Shown piece after piece: positions 27,141-39,258 of a stretch of 64,000 bases of DNA; the first letter of the stretch is position 1; the number at the start of each line of letters is the position of its first letter. Below the pieces are notes generated by a model that worked only from the letters and a program-made list of their open reading frames with translations, had not been told where the DNA came from and searched no databases. Source of the DNA: Octopus sinensis (taxonomy: Eukaryota); the NCBI RefSeq assembly GCF_006345805.1, contig NC_042999.1:150598001-150662000 (forward strand), read 5' to 3'. A program made the translations under genes and the position numbers.

Positions 27141-27428
27141 GTGACGTATATTTGCCATTTAAATATGGCTAACCCCTAAGGGTGGATGCTACTGTAGTTT
27201 GTAGCCCCAGGAGGACACCTCCTCCAGCAGGCTTTAGACACACTTTCTGTGCCCTGTTAGTATTTGCAAAGGGAAGCCACCCTTCCCGTCTTCAACTTAT
27301 GATACACACGGACTCGAGTTTCTGAATATTGACCCGTCATTGGCGTGTGACAATCACAGTTGTCGATGAAAAGTAGGTTCCCTCTGCAAACACTTATCCC
27401 TTTTCCAGTATCGTAAAGACACTGATAT
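27141..27428 (-). mobile_element. Dispersed monomer of the 353-bp hammerhead element (decayed)
   Basis: Reverse complement aligns to 52360-52641. The hammerhead position 27305-27349 keeps helix I cacacg/cgtgtg and GAAACTCGAGTC, but the core is mutated to CCAATGA. Confidence 0.85.
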
Positions 27429-27854
27429 CGTATTGCTTCATTGCTATAACGTACAAGAGAATATATTTATAGAGTTCTAGCCATCCCTGCAATAGATGCA
27501 AAACGTTTTATCTGTATAAATGCAGTATGTTCATGGACAGAAGAAGGAACAGTTGTATATGCTACCAAGAAAGCATCAAATATGGAAGTTGGCCTATCCA
27601 GTTAGCTTTAGTTATCAATATCAGTGGATTTTATAAACAGCCTGTTCGTAGAAAGTGTACAAGCTGCTAATGAGACCCCTGTTAAAGAAAGTGTACAGCT
27701 GCTCAAACAGAGTTGAAATATGCAGTTATTCTTTCTTTTTCTGTCTGTGGACATTTGTATATACTCATAGCAACATACAATGTCGGCTAAAAGTCTGTAG
27801 ATATGCTCTATAGCGCGCGCGTATGTATACATACATACATGCGTATCTTTTATT

Positions 27855-28149
27855 TTTACTTGTTTCAGTCATTAGGATGCGGCCATGCTGGAGCACAACT
27901 TTAGAGAATTTTTTATCGGGCAAATACTCTTTACTCTCTTTTACTTATTTCAGTCATTTGACTGTGGCCATGCTGGAGCACCGCCTTTAGTCGAGCAAAT
28001 CGACCCCAGGACTTATTCTTTGGAAGCCCAGTACTTATTCTATCGGTCAATTTTGCCGAACCGCTGAGTTACAGGGACGCAAACACACCAGCATCGGTTG
28101 TCAAGTGATGTTGGGGGGACAAACACAGACACAGACACACAGACACACA

Positions 28150-28207
<58 letters not shown>

Positions 28208-28360
28208 CATATATACGATAGGTTTCTTTCAGTTTCCGTCTACCAAATCCACTCACAAGGCTTTGGTCGGCCCGCGGCTATAGTAGAAGACACTTGCCCA
28301 AGGAGCCACGCAGTGGGACTGAACCCGGAACCATGTGGTTGGTAAGCAAGCTACTTACCA
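27855..28360 (-). mobile_element. SINE family B copy with duplicated tail
   Basis: Reverse complement of family B; the tail segment cagtcatt...ggccatgctggagcac occurs twice. Confidence 0.85.
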
Positions 28361-28831
28361 CGTATTTATTTTGTCTTTCATCTTTCTGGGGTAAAGAAAC
28401 TCAAGTACCAGTAATGAACTGAAGTCAATTTAATTGATCTCAATCACCTTCAAATTGCTGCTGTTGTTCTTAAATTTGAAGCCATTGTTATCAAAGGAGA
28501 TGAATGGTAGAATCGGTAGAAAGGCTGCGAAAATAACGTGCAGTGTTTAATTATATTTCTTTACGTTCTCAGTTCAAATCCAACTGAGGTCAACTTCACT
28601 TTTCATTCTTTCGGGGCGGTGAAACTAATGTATGTATATACTACGTACGTGTGTGTGTGTGCGGGCGCGTGCGTGCGTCGTGCATGCGTGTATGTATTTA
28701 GCAATATACTTATTTAGGCATATATATATATATATATATACCGGAGTAAACACATAAATGTGAAACAAGGTGAAAAAAAGAGTACTCAAATACCAGTGGT
28801 AGAGTAATATGCTTTATTTAAAGCAGCAGAA

Positions 28832-28868
28832 CTGTCCGATGATGGCAACGGGAAACTTAGAGTAACAG
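28832..28868 (+). ncRNA. Minimal hammerhead-like motif (U4C core, damaged helix II) between inverted repeats
   Basis: ctgt-CCGATGA-tggcaacgg-GAAA-cttagag-TA-acag. Flanking inverted repeat ctttatttaaagcagcagaa / ttctgctgctttaaataaag. Confidence 0.5.
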
Positions 28869-28920
28869 GTTTTGCTGAATTTTCTGCTGCTTTAAATAAA
28901 GTATATAATAAATACATATA

Positions 28921-28988
<68 letters not shown>

Positions 28989-28999
28989 TATATATATAT

Positions 29000-29041
<42 letters not shown>

Positions 29042-29047
29042 GAATAG

Positions 29048-29088
<41 letters not shown>

Positions 29089-29391
29089 TCCTCGTGTATT
29101 GCTGTGTCGTTGCCTTTGGATGTTATACTGGTTGTTGATGTTAGTATGGTCCGCTGACTTCACTTATTTTAAGTAGCGTTTTCTAGAAACGAGGTCAAAA
29201 TACAGTTGGTGTCAGTCACTCCGATTTATTCCATCAGCACATGGCCCCTTCCCTCTTATGGAACGAGATTTTTTTCTGTTGAATGTGTTTTGATTTGAAG
29301 AGCTCTAGAATGAATGATTTCGCTATCGTATTTCCTTCGAATAACTTCATTATCCGTTGCCGATAATTACGGAAAATAACCACAGTATTGG

Positions 29392-29424
<33 letters not shown>

Positions 29425-29427
<3 letters not shown>

Positions 29428-31058
29428 TCTAGCAGAGATACCCGGCGTTGCCTGTGTTACATACAATTGAAGAATTAGACTTTTCTGTTATATTTGCTCT
29501 AATGAACTGGAATATCTATGTTTCGAATTCATCAAAATTGCAGATGAGGGTTATTTTCCTCTTTACACCACCACCCCCAAAAAATTGTAATCGTGCCACA
29601 TATACTCCCATACTACTGATTTTTATGCGCATATTCCAAATTCCGTCTTATTGACCTGTTAAAAAGATTTTGCTCCTGAAAAATGAAGGTCATGGAGCTC
29701 TAAAATGTGAGAGCTAAGGCCCCTGTTGGGGGTGGGCATCTTAATGTCAACCAGAGAAGTTGAATTGTTGAGAATCTTTTTTACTTGGGTCTTCTATTCT
29801 TTGAATTTCTTTGAAATAGGAAATATATGTTCAGTGGGTTTGTAAAAGTGAGCAAAGCTACAGGAAACCAAAAGACGAATGATCACAATAAGCAGTCAGT
29901 TACCCTACCCTAGTCGTTACCACTCCCAATGTAGGATTCCTCACCATCCAGGTGACAGGCACAGCCATAAGACTCATTACGAATCTATAGCAATTGGAAG
30001 AGCGTGACCCAACTGAAATAAACATTAACAACTGTGTGACGTGAGGGCTAATGAGAAATGAAAGTTGGAGTTTGCAAATGACCACTATACTGATACGTAA
30101 CTGGACAGAATAAACATACAATCTATAAATGTCTTTGAATAACAAGTCACTCATCTGGGAAGGCCTTGAAATCAATGTTACCATGTGAGGACTATGTGTG
30201 GACCCAGTGATAATAAAAAGACTGAAAGGAGATCTGCAATCAAATAACTTTACTCAACACTTTGTAACTGAATCAGTGGAGGCAAAGATGCCTCTCATTT
30301 ACTCGACAATTTACGCCAAGTTACCACACAGTGGGACTGAAGTGAGGACCATGTGTTTTGGAACGAAGTTTGTTACCACACAGCCACACCTGCATCTGTG
30401 TGTGTGTGTGTATGCATGTATATATATATGAATATATATGTGAACATATTATATGTACATCTATATATATATACATCTACACATATACATGTATACATAT
30501 ACATCTATATGTATAGAAATAAATGTATACATATACCGCTATACACACATACACACACACACATACATAGGTGCAGGTGTGGATGTGTGGTAACAAAATT
30601 CGTTCCAAAACACATGGTCCTGGGTTAAATATTAAATGTAAAATAATAAGGTTGAAAAATTGAATATTAATTTGATTAATATGAATTGAAAACCAATGGT
30701 GTAGCATACAAGACCATAGCGGATTTTCTTCTAGCAAAATGGATGTCCACTGTTAATGGTTCATCCTTCTTATATAATAGTTTGACTTTAATAGTTTCAG
30801 TATTAAAGTGAAAGTATCTGACATTACAATAGAGAGATGTTTTGGTTTCACTTTTAACACGTAATACTGAAATAGTGAGGAGGATATGATTTGCTGTGGG
30901 CTCGCCTGGGCAAAAAGTTAAATAATTTTGCCCATGACACTCCCTGGACCCTAAGTAAGGCATGTGTAAAATTTGAATGAAATTGGTTGTGTACTTCTCA
31001 AGTTTTAGGGATTCACACAGAGACAGACACACATTCTCAGTTTTATATATCTAGAAGA
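29425..31058 (+). mobile_element. Helitron/Helentron-like non-autonomous element ends (possibly two fragments)
   Basis: 5' end ctagcagagatacccggcgttgcc and 3' end cacacagagacagacacacattctcagttttatatatctaga resemble DINE/HINE termini. The interior is unrelated and contains SINE pieces. Confidence 0.4.
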
Positions 31059-31905
31059 TACACACACACGCACACACACACACACAGAGATTTATTTATT
31101 TATTTATTTACAATATAATGAAACTCATTCAAGCAAGATATTATCAAAAGCTGCAAATGTAATCCTGATACTCTCTTTTACATTGCGTTTTGTTTTCCTC
31201 TCTTTCTCTCTATCTCCTTCTCCTCCTTCCCCTTTCTCCCTTTCTCCTCTTTCCACCTCCTTCTCTCCTTTTTCTCTCTGTGTCCTCTCTCCCTCTCTCT
31301 CTCTTTCTATACACCCTTCTCTCTCTCCCTCTCTCTCTCTCCATGCCCCTCTCTGTAATGTATTAGTTTTTCGTAGGAGTGAAGGTAAGGGTGATAAATA
31401 GTTTACACTGGACTGGTTTTGGGGGAGTCGATTTACCCGTAGACAAATTTGCTATTTAGAGCTCAACCATCCACCCCACCGCCGGCTCCATCTCAGAGTA
31501 GTGTATCCACCAAATGCTGACATTGGTATCGAACTCAACAATATTTCGGTGAATATAAAGATGTTTTTTTTCTTTTTTACAAAAAGCTTGTTTGCAACCT
31601 TCTTTTAATATATCTATATTCGTCACTTACTTGTTTCAGTCATTCGGCTGCGGCCATGCTGGGGTACCACTTTGGAGGGTTCAGTCTGATACTTATCCTA
31701 TCGCTCACTTTTTGCCGAGCTGCTGGGTCACGGGGTCGTAAACAAACCAGCATCAGTTGTTAGAGGCGATGATCTGGGAACAAACACAAACACAGAGAGA
31801 CATATAACATATATAAATGAAATTTATAGAAAAACAAAAGATGAAGATAGGTGTGTGAACAACAAGCAAGTGCATTCGTTTGACGCTTGGAAAAATGAAA
31901 AAGTA

Positions 31906-31939
31906 TTTTATATTTCGAGCCGACGCTCTTCAACAGAAA
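31906..31939 (-). ncRNA. Hammerhead-like motif with A6U core variant
   Basis: ttt-CTGTTGA-a-gagc-gtcg-gctc-GAAA-ta-TA-aaa. Confidence 0.4.
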
Positions 31940-32017
31940 GGAATTGAAAAAATAAACAGAGAGAGAATGTAAAAAACTTGTAGATTTCAGCATGGCGAAT
32001 GAATCATAGACACGGAC

Positions 32018-32570
32018 TCACACTAAAATTTATGCCGGATCTTGTGAATCCAAATTTAAATTCGCCTGAACAACCAAAGATCTTCTTTCAGGGTCCCGAA
32101 GAGACGCAATACAACGACACACGCAGCATATGTATGGCGCCTAAAGGACAATCATACGCCCTTTAGCATCAGGTGGAAATTATTAGAAGCCTATGGACTC
32201 TGTCGCAATGGAACAAATCTATGTAAATTATGTATGGTAGAAAAATATATAATCCTTATGAACTCACATGAGCCAGGAGGCTACCTGAACTCCAGGACGG
32301 AAGCCGTGCGGAGTTGTCCACATTTTCGGAAATTTTTACTTCAAAATTGGAAACCCTAGCTATCAAGCGAAGGAAGACAACTCGTCTGGCCATAAGTTTT
32401 TCAGAGGAATATTTCTTGAACTATCACCGGCATTCTTGTGATTTTAAAAAACATTCTTTGCAGAGAACAGTTATCGTTTAGAGAAACTGAAGATATGTCT
32501 AGTCTATGCTAGATATGAAACCAATGGGTTTTTTCTAAAACTGTTACTTTACACATATAGAAATATATAT
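32018..32570 (+). mobile_element. Penelope-like element 3' fragment: GIY-YIG endonuclease C-terminal half plus 3' UTR
   Basis: KIYAGSCESKFK, then a frameshift, then the open frame 32063-32359 RLNNQRSSFR...YVWRLKD...IRWKLLEAYG...CKLCMVEKYII...LNSRTEAVRSCPHFRKFLL*. This matches the Penelope GIY-YIG pattern and is not in the ORF track. Confidence 0.88.
32477..32539 (+). ncRNA. Type I hammerhead ribozyme motif in the Penelope-like 3' UTR
   Basis: tttagagaaa-CTGAAGA-t-atgtctag-tctatg-ctagatat-GAAA-ccaatggg-TT-ttttctaaa. Helix II is 8 bp, helix III is near-palindromic ACCAATGGGT, and helix I is ~9 bp with a bulge. Confidence 0.75.
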
Positions 32571-32573
32571 ATG

Positions 32574-32608
<35 letters not shown>

Positions 32609-32824
32609 TTATTCATTTATACGCGACGGGTTTCTACATAGTTTCCTTTTACCAAATTCTCTCACAAGGAATTGATCGGTTGGACACTATAATAGAAAGC
32701 ACTGACCCAAGGTGCCACACCGTAACACAGAGCGCGAACCATATTGCTGCAAAGCGAGCTTCTTAACCACGCAGCCGTATTATATTTTTGGCATAAAATT
32801 CCAGGAGACATGATATATACTTTT

Positions 32825-33032
32825 CTACACTAGGCATAAGACCCGACATTTTTGGGGAGGGGGCCAGTCGATTAAATCGACCCAGTACGCAACTGGTACT
32901 TAATTTATCGACTCCGAAAGGGTGAAAGGCAAAGTTGACCTCGGCGGAATTTGAACCCAGAACGTAAAGACAGACGAACTACCCGTAAGCATTTTGCCCG
33001 GCGTGCTAACGCTTCTGCCAGCTCGCCGCCTT
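32825..33032 (-). mobile_element. SINE family A copy
   Basis: Reverse-complement match, head aaggcggcgagctggcagaagcgttagc. Confidence 0.85.
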
Positions 33033-33156
33033 GGCGACATGGTATATTACAAGATCAGTTCTTTTAATAACAATAATCGTATCCTTTGATATCTGGCCTT
33101 TTATTTAGGAGCAAGGAATTTTCATAGATTATGTCAGTAGCAGCAGCAAACTTTTT

Positions 33157-33582
33157 GGATCTTTTCGGTTTGAACGGCAGTTTTTTTCTAGCGGTGTCAT
33201 ATGAAATTGTCACCCATAATTATGACCCTAGAATCGATCTATTGCATTTCAGTCTGTTTTAGAGTTAGGGTTAGGGTTAGGGGTGGGGGAAGGGTGTCTT
33301 TTTTTTCTTCACAAATGTAAATAAACCCAATCTGTTTCTTAAACGAGGGACATATCCATACGGCACAGAATGCTTTTTAACTCAATAGCCGTCACTGATT
33401 GGTTGAAATTGCAGAAATAGAAGAAAAAAAACACAACAAATATCTTACAAACTATAGAATCTTCTCAATAAACCCAAGAGAAAAAGATGTTTTATAAACA
33501 CATTCTACCACTATACAAAGTTTAAAATTTTTTAGTTACCAAGAAATTATGTTAAAAACTGCCGTTCAAACCGAAAAGATCC
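33157..33582. mobile_element. MITE with perfect 29-bp TIRs and 8-bp TSD (Merlin-like), 426 bp
   Basis: TIR ggatcttttcggtttgaacggcagttttt is exact at both ends. TSD aacttttt / agcttttt. Internal (TTAGGG)3. Confidence 0.85.
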
Positions 33583-33781
33583 AGCTTTTTTCCTTTCATC
33601 CGCACATTCGCCTCTGTTTCCTTCTGTCACACACATATGTACACATGTATATATGTATGCATATGTACATACGTACTTACATACATCCATTCATTCATCC
33701 ATACATGGAAATATTGCTGAAGCATGGCCTTGTTCGTGACGGCAAGAGCAAACTTTAGTAAGAACTAATGAAGACATTGAG

Positions 33782-33812
<31 letters not shown>

Positions 33813-34889
33813 TGTGTGTGTGTAAATGTTATTTGTTTTGCTAGGCTGATTTGTCTGAAGAAAGAAAACGGGCAAGAATGAGCATGAAAGAAACATTGGC
33901 CGACCGAGAAAAAAATGGCAACCCAACTGTGAAAAATGCTGTCAAAGAATTCGTTGCTTAAATATCTGTAGAAAGAAGCGAACGTATAAAATTCTCCACC
34001 TAATTAAATCACAGGGAGTATTATTCCTTCGAGGACAAAAACGGTGGGGAGGGGAGGGGACAAAAATAACAACAAAAAAGGATACAAATAAATACAAAAA
34101 GAACAAAAAACGCAACAAAAATTCACTCGAAAATATCACATTTAACTACCTTGTAAAGTTGCTTAAAAAACAATAAGGGTCTGGCGAGAAAAAACGGGTT
34201 TCAAATTGTTGTTGGTTCGCAAAGATATCATTTACTCACTTTTCCTTAGCTTTCTCTCTTTTTCTCATTTTTTAAAGTATTTTTTTTTATTTATTTTCTT
34301 CGTTTTCCCTTTTCTTTCTTTTTTTTATTAACCGTTTCATATGTTGTGTAAAATTAGGTACTAAAAGGAATTTTGAAAGGTGCTGCCCTCCCAAATGATT
34401 GATGATTTGGATCTGTGTACCCAAACATTGCTACTTAAAGGAACCCCTTGTGATAACCAATCTCCTTTCGGTTCGAGCCTTTTCTTTTCCCCCACCACTT
34501 CCTTTCTCTGTATGAATGTATTTTTGCCTATTTCTTTTATTTTCTTCTCAAGTTAACTGTGAATGAAAGAAAGGAATCGACTGGGAATATAAAAAAAGCC
34601 CCTTATTTAAAGAGGTCAAGTAAATGGTTACCCCGAAAATATTATGAGAGTCGCTATATTTTAAAACCGAATCTTGGATGAACGAATGACAGATCTACGT
34701 GGTTATCTCACTTACTAGAAAGAGCAGCAAAATCTCTCAAATCACGTTGTTGCGTCTATACAATTGAAATGCAATGTCTATGGACATGGCAGGCCGGTGG
34801 TTAAAAGTAAAAGGGATCAGAAATCCGTCCCGTACCATAGGCACATAAGTCGGTTTCTGTGATGTTTATATTCCACTCTTCTCCAGTCC

Positions 34890-35235
34890 GTCTCAGGGTT
34901 ACTCATTTTTCTCAGCTGAGTAGAGAGGGGGCAGCGTGGAATGAAGTGGTTTGCTCATGGACACAACACATCGCCCGTTCTAGGAATCGAAACCACAATC
35001 TTAGGATCATGTGTGCAGCATCCTGGCCACTTAGGCACGCGCCTCTCCAGCCGTATGATAACCGACGAGATGTCAGTCTATCGAAGGATTACTCGTTTTC
35101 TCCAGCTGAGTGGAGTGGAGCAACGTGAAATGAAGTGTTTTGATCAAGGAGACAAGACATCGCCCAGTCCAGGAATCGAAGCCACAATCTTACGATCATA
35201 AGTGCAATACCCTGGCCACTAAGGCACGCGCATCC
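34890..35235 (-). mobile_element. Two tandem SINE family D heads
   Basis: The block ttactc...cagctgagt...ggaatcgaa...ccact(t/a)aggcacgcgc is repeated, related to 12010-12280. Confidence 0.65.
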
Positions 35236-35621
35236 CCAGCCCTGTGCTGAGACAACAACAATAATTGGCCCTTGGATTAGCTAACAAGTGAGATTCTATG
35301 TGGTCATCCGACCTGCTAAAAGTTACATAATGTCTTTATTCTCTTCTCTCATCCTGCGGCCATACTGGGGCACCGTCTTGATGGTTTGCGGGGTCGATCA
35401 AAATCTCTTCCAGTAATTATTTCTATAAGGATATGGAGGAATTGCAGAACGAGTAGAGTATCCAATAAATACCTTTGGTCACTCATTTACTTATACTGTG
35501 CTTGCTGTTAAAAGGAATTCCTACTGAAATCGAGGGAAAATAAATATCAGTCAAATAAATACGTGAAGAAAATTAGTGATAAAAAAAATTAGTAATTATT
35601 ATTTATCAACGAAGAGAAGTA

Positions 35622-35694
35622 ACCCGGCTAGCTCAGTCGGTAGAGCACGAGACTCTTAATCTCGGGGTCGTGAGTTCAAGCCCCACGTTGGGCG
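35622..35694 (+). tRNA. tRNA-Lys-CTT: tRNA-Lys(CUU), variant copy (possible pseudogene)
   Basis: Three substitutions versus the cluster consensus: G1A (A1-C72 mismatch), G52A (T-stem mismatch) and G57A. T-run terminator from 35700. Confidence 0.85.
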
Positions 35695-36329
35695 AATGCT
35701 TTTTTTTCTTGATTTGTTCAAGATTTTTTCTTGATTTATTGATTTGTTTACAAATTATTTATTGTTAACCGCTTACAAAAAAAATCATAAGCTTTCTATA
35801 GTCTTTTAATTTAAGGGATAATCATAATATTGTTCGACAGAAAATAAATACCAGTCATACATCTTAAGTGAGTTAAATCACATAGACTCAAACACACACA
35901 CACACACACACACACACGATAAAGTGGTGCGAAGAACGTTTAATTATGCAGTCCTATAAAGACAACAATTTCTATAAAGACAACAGTTAGAATCGATCTA
36001 GGGCTAACCAACAACAGTGAATAAAAATGATGGCCCAGAACGAAGTGCAAATTATCTCCTTTTATTAATACCGTACAAGCTAAGCCATGTGCAAAGTGTT
36101 CGGTGGTGCAACGGTACTGACTGAAGCAATATTTTTATGACAATACCTGCAATGCTGTGTGGATTTAAATATTATCATTGGTACTTGATTTCATTGAATG
36201 AAATTTTATTGATGAAATTTTATTGATGAAATGCAATGTCGTTTCGGCGGGATTTGTACTCAGAACATAAAGGGACGGAAGAAACACCACCAAAGTATTT
36301 TCTTTTGATGTGTTGATAGTAACAATAGT

Positions 36330-37130
36330 TTCAAATTTTGGCACGGAGTCAGCAATTTCAGGGGACGATGTAAGACGATTACATCGTTCCCCGAAAGGAT
36401 GATCCCGAAAGACAAAGTCGATTTCGGCGGAATTTTAATTCAGATTGCAAAAGCGGACGAAAATGCCGCTAAACATTTTGTCTGGCACAAAAACGATTCT
36501 TTGTGCTGGCCGGAAATTTTATGCAATGATCGTAATTTTCAACTGGTACTTCAATTCCGAAGGCAAAGTCGACTTCGGCAGAATTTGAACTCAGAAAGTA
36601 AAGACGGACGAAATGCCGCAAACCATTTTGTCTGACGTGCTAACGATACTACCAGCTCGCCTCCTTTGCCTGAGAGTAATAAAGGTGATTTCAGATTTTG
36701 GCACAAGGCCAGTAAGATCGGGGAAGGAGATGAATCAATTACATCGACCCCAGCGCACAACTGGTACTTATTTTACTGACCCCGAAAGAATGAGGGCAAA
36801 GTTGACCTCGGCTGAATCTGAACTCAGAACGTAAAGACGGACGAAATGACGCTAAGCATTTTTGCCGGCGTGCTAACGATTCTGCCAGCTCACCGCCTTA
36901 TCATGATAGTAATAATCCTTTCTACTAAAGGTACAGGGCCTGAAATTTTGGGGGAAGGATCTAGTCGATTACATCGACCCCAATACTCAACTGGTACTTA
37001 TTTTACCTATCCCGAAAGGATGAAAGGCAAAGTCGACCTCGGCGGAATTTGAACTCAGAACGTAGCGGCAGACGAAATACCGCTAAACATTTCGCCCGGC
37101 GTGCAAACGTTTCTGCCAGCTTGCCGCCTT
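36330..37130 (-). mobile_element. Head-to-tail stack of about four SINE family A copies
   Basis: Repeated blocks ggcaaagtcgac(c/t)tcggc...gaactcagaa...gctaacgat...gccagctc of increasing divergence. Confidence 0.8.
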
Positions 37131-37173
37131 TTTCTGATAGTAATAATGATGATTGTATACTACGGTATACACT

Positions 37174-37538
37174 GGAGGTGCAATGACCCAATGGTTAGGG
37201 CAGCGGACTCGCGGTCGTAGGATCGTGGTTTCGATTCCCAGACCAGGTGTTGTGAGTGTTTATTGAGCGAAAATACCTAAAGCTGCACGTGGCTCCAGCA
37301 GGGGGGGGGCGACGAACCCTGCTGTACTCTTCCTCTCTGTCTTCCTGTTTCTGTTGTATCTGTATTTTCAAAGGGCCAGCCGTGTCACACTCTGTGTCAC
37401 GCTGAATCTCCCCGAGAACTACATTAAGGGTACACGTGTCTGTGGATTGCTCAGCCACTTGCACGTTAATTTCACGAGCAGGCTGTTCCATTGATCGGAT
37501 CAACTGGAACCCTCGTCGCTGTAACCGACGGAGTACCA
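37174..37538 (+). mobile_element. SINE family C with 9-bp TSD
   Basis: TSD acggtatac at 37162-37170 and 37544-37552. Confidence 0.9.
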
Positions 37539-37769
37539 CGACGACGGTATACTAAAAATAGAAACTGTAGAAGATGAGATCTAGATAATAATAAATTATC
37601 GTATTTAATGTTTTGCTATTCAACTTTCTGAGTTCAGATCTGTCGAAATATACTTAAACTTTTTGTCCGTTCCACATCAATGAACAACATGTGCTTGTAC
37701 AATGAAAATTTTATCATTCACAATCATCTTTTCATAAAGTCAGTAATTATGAGAGACTGCTCTCGGGGA

Positions 37770-37842
37770 GCCCGGCTAGCTCAGTCGGTAGAGCACGAGA
37801 CTCTTAATCTCGGGGTCGTGGGTTCGAGCCCCACGTTGGGCG
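37770..37842 (+). tRNA. tRNA-Lys-CTT: tRNA-Lys(CUU)
   Basis: GCCCGGCTAGCTCAGTCGGTAGAGCACGAGACTCTTAATCTCGGGGTCGTGGGTTCGAGCCCCACGTTGGGCG, with anticodon arm CGAGA-CTCTTAA-TCTCG. Only a T4 run downstream. Confidence 0.97.
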
Positions 37843-39185
37843 CAACATAATTTTGCTGGTTCTGAATCCTATCTTCTGCCTGTTGCAGTCATCAAACTGC
37901 GGTCATGCTGGGGCACTACTTTGAACTTTTAGTCGAATGAAGACACTCGCTCAAGGAGCCACGCAGTGGGACTGAACTTGGAACCGTGGTTGGGAAACAA
38001 GCTTCCTATCACACAGCGGAGAATATAAACATGAAAATTACATGCGGTGCTTACAACGAAATCTTTTTTTACACTAAGTTGTACTAAGTGATGATGTACT
38101 ATGGACATCAAACAACGTTGGATAAGTCCTTCATCCCTCAAATAGAAGTTGATGATGATGAACTATAAACTAGAATATAGGGTTTCCCATCCTTCAATGA
38201 ATTCTCATTCCATCAACACCATCCCACATAATCCCACACAGGGTAAACGGCAGTTTTTGTCCTAAAGACGTACTCTTTGGCAATATTATGATTCATATCT
38301 TTGTCCTAATTTAAAAGCGGTGAACTGGCAGAATCGTTAGCACACTGAACAAAAATGCTTAGTAGCATTTCATCGGTTTTTTATGTTCTGAGTTCAAATT
38401 CCGCCGAGGTTGACTTTGTCTTTCATCCTTTCGGGAGTCGATAAACAGGTGAGTTCTGAAGTCGATGTAATCGACCACATTCCTTTCCCAGAATTGAAGG
38501 CCTTGTACCGATAATAGAACGGATCATTTCCTAACTTACTAAAATGGCGAGCTGTAAAAATCGTTAGCACGCTGGACAAAAGTGTTCTGCAGTATTTCGT
38601 TTGACCCTGCGTTCTGAGTTCAAATTCTGCCAAGGTCGACTTTGCCTTTCATCCTCTCGGGATAGATAAAATGAGTACCAGTTGAACACTGGGGCCGATG
38701 TAATCGTCTTACTCCTCTCCCGAAATTTCTGTTGTAACTCATTTCTAGATCTAAATTATTTAGTAAAAATGACCCGGAAGTTGTTTCTCTTTGATTACTA
38801 TTGCAAACAGCAGTAGCTTTCTTCAACCGAATACACGTCGTTGATTGGTTGAAATGACCTAAATACGACAACATTAACACGAAATAACTTCTAAAATGCG
38901 AAATTTTGTCAAAAAACATTTCGTGTAAACCGTGTTCTCCGTGAGAAATTCTACCAGTATTCGAAGTTTGAAACTGTTGAGTTAAAAAAAAAATAATTAA
39001 AAAATCTGTGATTGAGATGGAATGGAACCCCGACTGGAAAAATCGAAGACAAAATTTTGTAACCATCAGAGCGTTTAGCAAAACGACCGCCATAATTATT
39101 GATAGCAGAGCCACTCCAGTGCGTGCTTCAGTTCTATCACCTTATAATAGAGTAAGTAGTTATCAGAGAAGAACAAATCTGTGCA

Positions 39186-39258
39186 GCCCGGCTAGCTCAG
39201 TCGGTAGAGCACGAGACTCTTAATCTCGGGGTCGTGGGTTCGAGCCCCACGTTGGGCG
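39186..39258 (+). tRNA. tRNA-Lys-CTT: tRNA-Lys(CUU)
   Basis: Identical to the consensus; T5 runs downstream. Confidence 0.97.

Noticed and set aside
38620-39114. 164-aa ORF present twice (also 41358-41852)
   Set aside because: It spans a SINE, a MITE fragment and tRNA flank. It is conserved only because the duplication is recent.
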